A stretch of 64,000 nt of DNA from Spongospora subterranea f. sp. subterranea (taxonomy: Eukaryota), in contig JAUGWO010000069.1 in the NCBI GenBank assembly GCA_049724395.1, forward strand, positions 186,001 through 250,000, in the 5' to 3' direction. The translations under genes were made by a program, and so were the position numbers. The notes beneath the pieces are model-generated. The model made no database searches. It saw nothing but the letters and a program-made list of their open reading frames with translations, and had not been told where the DNA came from. The number at the start of each line of letters is the position of its first letter. Within the stretch, counting starts at the first letter, position 1. This document shows positions 58,953 to 64,000 of the stretch, one piece after another.

Positions 58953-61481
58953 TCAAATGAAATACATCTGGGAAGCCGTACGAGCCATAACAGTAGGGAC
59001 TCCACTGTTGGACCCGCTCGATGGAGCAAGTTCGGAGGACGAACCAGAGCGCGCTTCAAATTCATCAGCCTTAGAATGATAACGGGCACGGAAAGCGCAA
59101 AGATGGGCATAATAGGCAGCAGGGACCAAAGAGACAGAGCGCGTGCAACGAGCATACATGTAGCATTGACGATAAGTAAGATCTTGAAGCAGATCGGGGG
59201 TGAAACGATTTTCATCGAAAATAACATGATAGTGAGTAGGTCGGGAAGTTCCTTGAATACCTGCGTGAGCAACCAGATAGAAATCGAATTGCCGAGGATG
59301 AACAATCGCAGTATCAACGACGGTACCAGCGGGGACATTACCAGAGCGATCAGCCGCGCTGGAGGACGCTCCCGTGACAAAGAAACGAGCATGATGACGC
59401 TTTTGCACAATAATAAACGTGATTTTAGGGGTGTAACCAGCTTCCAAATCGCGACAAGCACTGCGAAGGGCATCAAGTTCATACTTCAAAACATGCTCAA
59501 ACTGTCCTTCCGAAACACCATCACGATAAAATATGATACGTTCGGGTTTCTTGCCCCGAGTTGCGTTATAAAAACGCTTCAACAGATTGGTCGCCATTCC
59601 TTTGAGATCTTGAATAATTTCTTGGCGATTCTTTTGAGAGCGTGTTTCACATTCATAACGGAAAGGATGGGCGTCCATACTCGCTACGACAGCGGCTAAC
59701 GAGGGAAGCTTCGAGAATGGCGCAGCATGGGTAACATCGGCGCCAAAGATAATAGCTGGCTTACTGAAGAGGAATTCATGAGATGGCGACGATTGAAGGG
59801 TGGAATTCACACCACCAGTACGAGCATTAATCTTCAACAACAAGTTACGAGCATACATTGGATCTCCCTTTTGCAAATGCTTGGACTGCATGCACTGAGA
59901 AGGTACATCGAGAACGGTATCACAAATGCGCTTGATCTCACCGTAAGCAGAAGGATCTCCGAAGGGAAGAATAATCAAAATCAGCTGACACTGTCCTTGC
60001 GTAGTTTCCTGAATCTGCTGCACGGCCTTCATAATGATATCCTGGTAATTTGGCATGCCTCGACCTTGTTGACGATGAGGGATAACAACGGGACGCTGGA
60101 AGGGTACACCGTGCTCTTTACCTGCACCGTTCAGAACATTCAAAAATCCCATAACTTCTGGTTCGCGTGCGCGTTGCTCTAAAACTAGGACACCCCAGTG
60201 ACGAATTTCGTTGGATGAAAACATAGCAGCGTCTCTGGGTTGCCAAACTCCCATATTGGGCTTCACCGTTTTAGTACGAGACTTTGGATTGTAGTTGATG
60301 ACTGGCGCCTCAAGAACACGTCCATCAATTTGAACCATTTGAGAGTTGATCTTCATTCCGAAATCAGCAAGACTTTGATCGGCATCATAATTACGCTCAG
60401 CGACAGCGTTGGTAATGTTTTGGAGACGAATGTTAGGTTTAGCAGCAGTCTTCTTGATCATCGCGGCGGTCTGAGTTGGCGACAGCTTTTTCGAGATACG
60501 CTCACCGCCAAGAATACGGCAAACTTCCATTGGTAAGTATGTTGGCTTCTCTTTGGATCCCACCACCAGGAGAGGAAGATTAGGGTGTTGCAGTTTAGTC
60601 TTGTAACGCTCCTCGAAGTATTCGGCCACGTTCGTCGTACGCGAACCGGACTCATCCTCAATTTGGAACTTGAGCTGAATTGCGCTTTCTTTCGCAACAT
60701 CGCGAATACGGTATTTACGCTTGCAATCTGGTCGGTGAGTAACAATAACCTTTACCCCGGCAATTTCAGCACGAATCGCTGCACGGTTAGCCTCAGTGAT
60801 CTGATCCAGTGATTTCTTGGTAACAGAGGTAACCAAATCTACAACCGGTTGTTCGCGGTGGAAACAGGTAGCAGCAACGTCTAAGTTAACAAGAAGACGG
60901 CCATGAGCAGGGCGAAGCGATTGATGATAACCAAACCAGATTTCGGCACCGGCATCAAGAGGAGAAGTATTTTTCCCAGAGAAAAACGATGACCCAATGC
61001 TGTTACAGGTGGCGATGGGAGTTGTACGAAGAACGACATCAAGAGCTTGAATGCAGTCTTGAGGAATGGTGAGGTCGTTTCCAGCAATGAAGGCATGAAG
61101 ACTGGCCATATTCACAACGGCAACATGTTCAAGCTTTACGGTGAACTTATCGCGACGATCAGGAAGGTCGACAATCTCAACGCGGCTGGCCCAGGAAAGA
61201 CGTTTGGGATAATAAAGAGTAGCTTCACCGTCATAGGCAGGTGTCAGTTTACCTTCGAATAAACCTTCAACAGTGTCTCTGAGCTGGGCCATGATCATAC
61301 GGTTAACCACTTTGGGAACAGCTGGAGTAATCTGCACATTGTACATGTGCAGGTCGGCCGAGGGCACGGTACGAACTTCGAAAAAATTGGACACCAGCTG
61401 GACGCGCTTACCGCGCGAACCGGCTGACGGACGGACGGGCATGTAGCATGGGTTGGATACAATCAGGTCATCGGCGCTCAT
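58953..61481 (-). CDS. AGO: Argonaute (AGO clade), 842 aa, intronless, intact DEDH tetrad
   Basis: N-L1 (GYHQSLRP, NLDVAATCF), PAZ (VAEYFEERY...LPMEVC), MID (YGEIKRICDTVLDVPSQC) and PIWI (GADVTH, RQEII, YRDGVSEGQF, QGTSRPTHY, PAAYYAHL). Confidence 0.98.
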   Translation of the reverse strand: MSADDLIVSNPCYMPVRPSAGSRGKRVQLVSNFFEVRTVPSADLHMYNVQITPAVPKVVNRMIMAQLRDTVEGLFEGKLTPAYDGEATLYYPKRLSWASRVEIVDLPDRRDKFTVKLEHVAVVNMASLHAFIAGNDLTIPQDCIQALDVVLRTTPIATCNSIGSSFFSGKNTSPLDAGAEIWFGYHQSLRPAHGRLLVNLDVAATCFHREQPVVDLVTSVTKKSLDQITEANRAAIRAEIAGVKVIVTHRPDCKRKYRIRDVAKESAIQLKFQIEDESGSRTTNVAEYFEERYKTKLQHPNLPLLVVGSKEKPTYLPMEVCRILGGERISKKLSPTQTAAMIKKTAAKPNIRLQNITNAVAERNYDADQSLADFGMKINSQMVQIDGRVLEAPVINYNPKSRTKTVKPNMGVWQPRDAAMFSSNEIRHWGVLVLEQRAREPEVMGFLNVLNGAGKEHGVPFQRPVVIPHRQQGRGMPNYQDIIMKAVQQIQETTQGQCQLILIILPFGDPSAYGEIKRICDTVLDVPSQCMQSKHLQKGDPMYARNLLLKINARTGGVNSTLQSSPSHEFLFSKPAIIFGADVTHAAPFSKLPSLAAVVASMDAHPFRYECETRSQKNRQEIIQDLKGMATNLLKRFYNATRGKKPERIIFYRDGVSEGQFEHVLKYELDALRSACRDLEAGYTPKITFIIVQKRHHARFFVTGASSSAADRSGNVPAGTVVDTAIVHPRQFDFYLVAHAGIQGTSRPTHYHVIFDENRFTPDLLQDLTYRQCYMYARCTRSVSLVPAAYYAHLCAFRARYHSKADEFEARSGSSSELAPSSGSNSGVPTVMARTASQMYFI

Positions 61482-62863
61482 GGCAACAGGCGTGGCAAAA
61501 CAGGCAGGACGAGGCGCTCACGCAATGCAGACCCAGGGACAGATTGAAGCCGGCAGTGTCCAATAGCAGAATGGGATGGTTGATTAGAGATCGCGTGAAC
61601 AAACTGCGCACTACCGGTGAGTCACTGGCGGTGGCTGTCGCTCAATAAACCCTACCTGTCAGCCAGACTATGTCGACGTCTCACCTGATGAATATGTGCG
61701 TGATTCTTCACCGACGGCTCTTTGATCTCCGCAAGCAGTGTATGCGATTCGGAGGATCACATGGTACGGGTGCGCTGTTGACAGTCTCTTTAAATCTGCA
61801 CTGCAGATTATTCACCTGTGTGTTGGCGTTGTGAGAAAACTCTCACAATGTTTATAAATACCCTATATTCGGGGTATTATTTCAAAAGAAAACCAAAATA
61901 ACATGCACTCCTGCTTGTGGAATACATTTATGGTTGAAAGCTCTCAAGTGGAAACAGCTTTTGTGTCCACAAAATTATTGCTTTGTATTGGTAAATAGTA
62001 ACATCTTTATTTTTCATCGCATGGGCTATGTTGTCTTCATGGTAGGCTTGTCAGTTTTGATCAGCAATAAGTGAAAGAATTTGTCAAATTGTGGTTCTAC
62101 AGTACCGAACATCTTAACCTGACACACTTTATATGGGGATTGGCACACTGGGTGTCTCGCTGTTATTGGCTAGATCTCTGTCAGATCAATCAACTTTCAG
62201 TGTTTTATTGTTCGACGTCAAATATTGACTATGAAATATCAATTTCCGTTTGCATGGAGGCCAACAAAATTCAGAAAATTCATGGCACTCCACCACCGTG
62301 ATCGCTACCGATCTCCAACGGCAGCATTTCCTTCGAAATACTCCCTCCGTCCCATAAAAAGGTTTCGAAAAAAACCAATGTGCCAATTCAAGCTCATTTT
62401 TCATCCGATTTTCTTGCTCTAAGTTGCATAGGCAGCCTACCTGCCTGACAACCAGATGTATGAGTGCCAACGGGAAGTTTTTTGTTAATTTTTTTGATTG
62501 CGTAATTCATGGCGATATATTCGATTTTGTACGTTAACTAAGAAGGACACTGAACTCGACAATAGTTCGACAAGTTAACAGCTACATCGGGTATTCAGTA
62601 ATTGGTAATCGTAGATAGGCATATTGGCGTAGAATCCGACTATTTTTTTTTGATTTTTCGAGCAACTCCAAGTGCTGTGGGGCAGTGTTAAGGAATGCTA
62701 TCCAGGATATACCCATTGGTAGAAGAGACAATCGCCATTATGGGACCTAACTCAGGATCAGGTCGAACTGCGGGAAAAGCAGCTGAGCGATCATGACTGA
62801 GGGTTTTTGATTTCTCAGTGCCAGCAGGAAGAATCCGGATGTGTCAGATAAGTTGATGATAGG

Positions 62864-63262
62864 GACCATTTCCGCCGCTGCAACAAGTTGTATTCAAACT
62901 GAGGGAAAAATCTAAAATATCTAGAATCGTGGCTGTCAATCAATTATCAGAAGGGAGGTCGATACCTGATGCAGCAGATAGACATATTGGCAGGTCAGAA
63001 GGCAGTTACTTTGGATCTTGAGGCAATCATGACTATCCCGCTGACATGGCGCCAAAATATTCGCTCGACGGCGTATCACTTGCATGTTTCCAAAAGCGCT
63101 TTGCATCGCCGTATAAAGGAAGGAGGATTGATAATGTCTCATACTAACGCTATCAAACCCTATTTGACAGAGCGGAACAAACTCGAACGAACTGAATTCT
63201 GCATCTCTCATCGCAACGTGAATCCATCGAACAATGATTACAGTTTTGACCTCATGATGAAT
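62864..63262 (+). mobile_element. Mariner (DD39D-type) transposase 5' fragment, copy A
   Basis: IPLTWRQNIRSTAYHLHVSKSALHRRIKEG...HTNAIKPYLTERNKLERTEFC. It is an inverted homolog of copy B. Confidence 0.85.
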
Positions 63263-63279
63263 CTGCTATGTGTTTGACC

Positions 63280-64000
63280 AGTCCATATTCTAGGCCATTT
63301 TTCGCGTATTGCTGGAAATACTCTCGAGATTAGCATATTGCAGATTTCTGGCTTTCCAACATGCATTTGTCTCCATTGTTCCAGCAGGCCGGTTTTTTCT
63401 TTTTCTTTTTGCAGGTTCTCTGTATACGAATGGCCAGATTCCGATGTTCCCGTCGAACACTTTCTTGGAACTCGTATCGTACCATGGCCTTGCTTCCGCC
63501 GCTAGAAACATCACCTTTGTGATGAATCTCTTACTGTTTGCTGTACGATGAGAGGGTCTTCGCCTATCGCCACATAGTACCTTTGGTTAGTTTGGGTCAG
63601 GCAAAACCACTTATCGCCTATGTGAACCGTATTCATCATGATTTCAAAACCGTAATCATTGTTCGATGGATTCACGTCGAGATGAGAGATGCAGAATTGA
63701 ATTCTTTCGAGTTTGGTCCGCTCTGTCAAATAGGGGTTGATAGCTTTAGTATGGGGCTTTATTTCAAGTAATACGCCGTCGAGCGAATATTTTGGGGCAA
63801 TGTCAACGGGATAGTCATGATTGCCTCGAGATTCAAAGTAACTACCTTCTGACGTCCTGACCTGCCAATATATCTATCTGCTGTATCAGGTATCAACCTC
63901 CCTTCTGATAATGATTGACCGCCACGATTGAACTACGATTGTTGATTTTCTGATTGAGGTTTCACTCAGTTTGAATCTTGTTGCAGCGGCGGAAATGGTC
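63280..64000 (-). mobile_element. Mariner (DD39D-type) transposase pseudogene, copy B (runs off window)
   Basis: MMNTVHIGDKWFCLT (degenerate HIDEKWF) and KVMFLAAEARPWYD...FDGNIGIWPFVYREPAKRKRKNRPAGTMET. Frameshifted. Confidence 0.9.

Noticed and set aside
61680..61790. ctgatga plus a downstream stem as a hammerhead ribozyme or C/D snoRNA
   Set aside because: No correctly placed GAAA core or D box was found.

Overview
This is eukaryotic (protist-type) genomic DNA. It is gene-dense, with many short (~44-66 nt) GT-AG introns, the standard genetic code, and alternating AT-richer intron-rich and GC-rich intron-poor blocks. The style is compatible with a plasmodiophorid-like protist, but that cannot be proven from the window. 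Recognisable genes: a 5'-truncated fatty acyl-CoA reductase/DHAP-acyltransferase fusion (FARAT-type) ending in the peroxisomal signal AKL; Fcf2; a TmcB-like PAS membrane protein that appears to splice in-frame into a TauE/SafE-like permease; a TMEM106/LEA_2-like protein; two secreted class 3 lipases; a 7TM-RGS; a neurobeachin-like ARM/ConA protein with no visible BEACH-WD40; a PH-domain protein; a CaaX-anchored disordered protein with PAM2-like motifs; pyroglutamyl peptidase I; Mediator MED10 and MED17; an ABCB half-transporter; and an intronless DEDH Argonaute. Decayed transposons occur at about 17.7-20.1 kb (GCM/MULE, MITE), 23.4 kb (Harbinger), 29.2-36.8 kb (IS3EU-like, CxC/KDZ-like, Gypsy, Harbinger) and 62.9-64 kb (mariner). 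The most notable observations are the PAS-TauE fusion, a ~340-bp-arm retroelement-derived hairpin, an inverted mariner pair just upstream of Argonaute, and three near-identical intron-like units in a mini-ORF. No rRNA, tRNA or CRISPR array was seen. All family calls are from motif recognition by eye, and exon boundaries are manual predictions.
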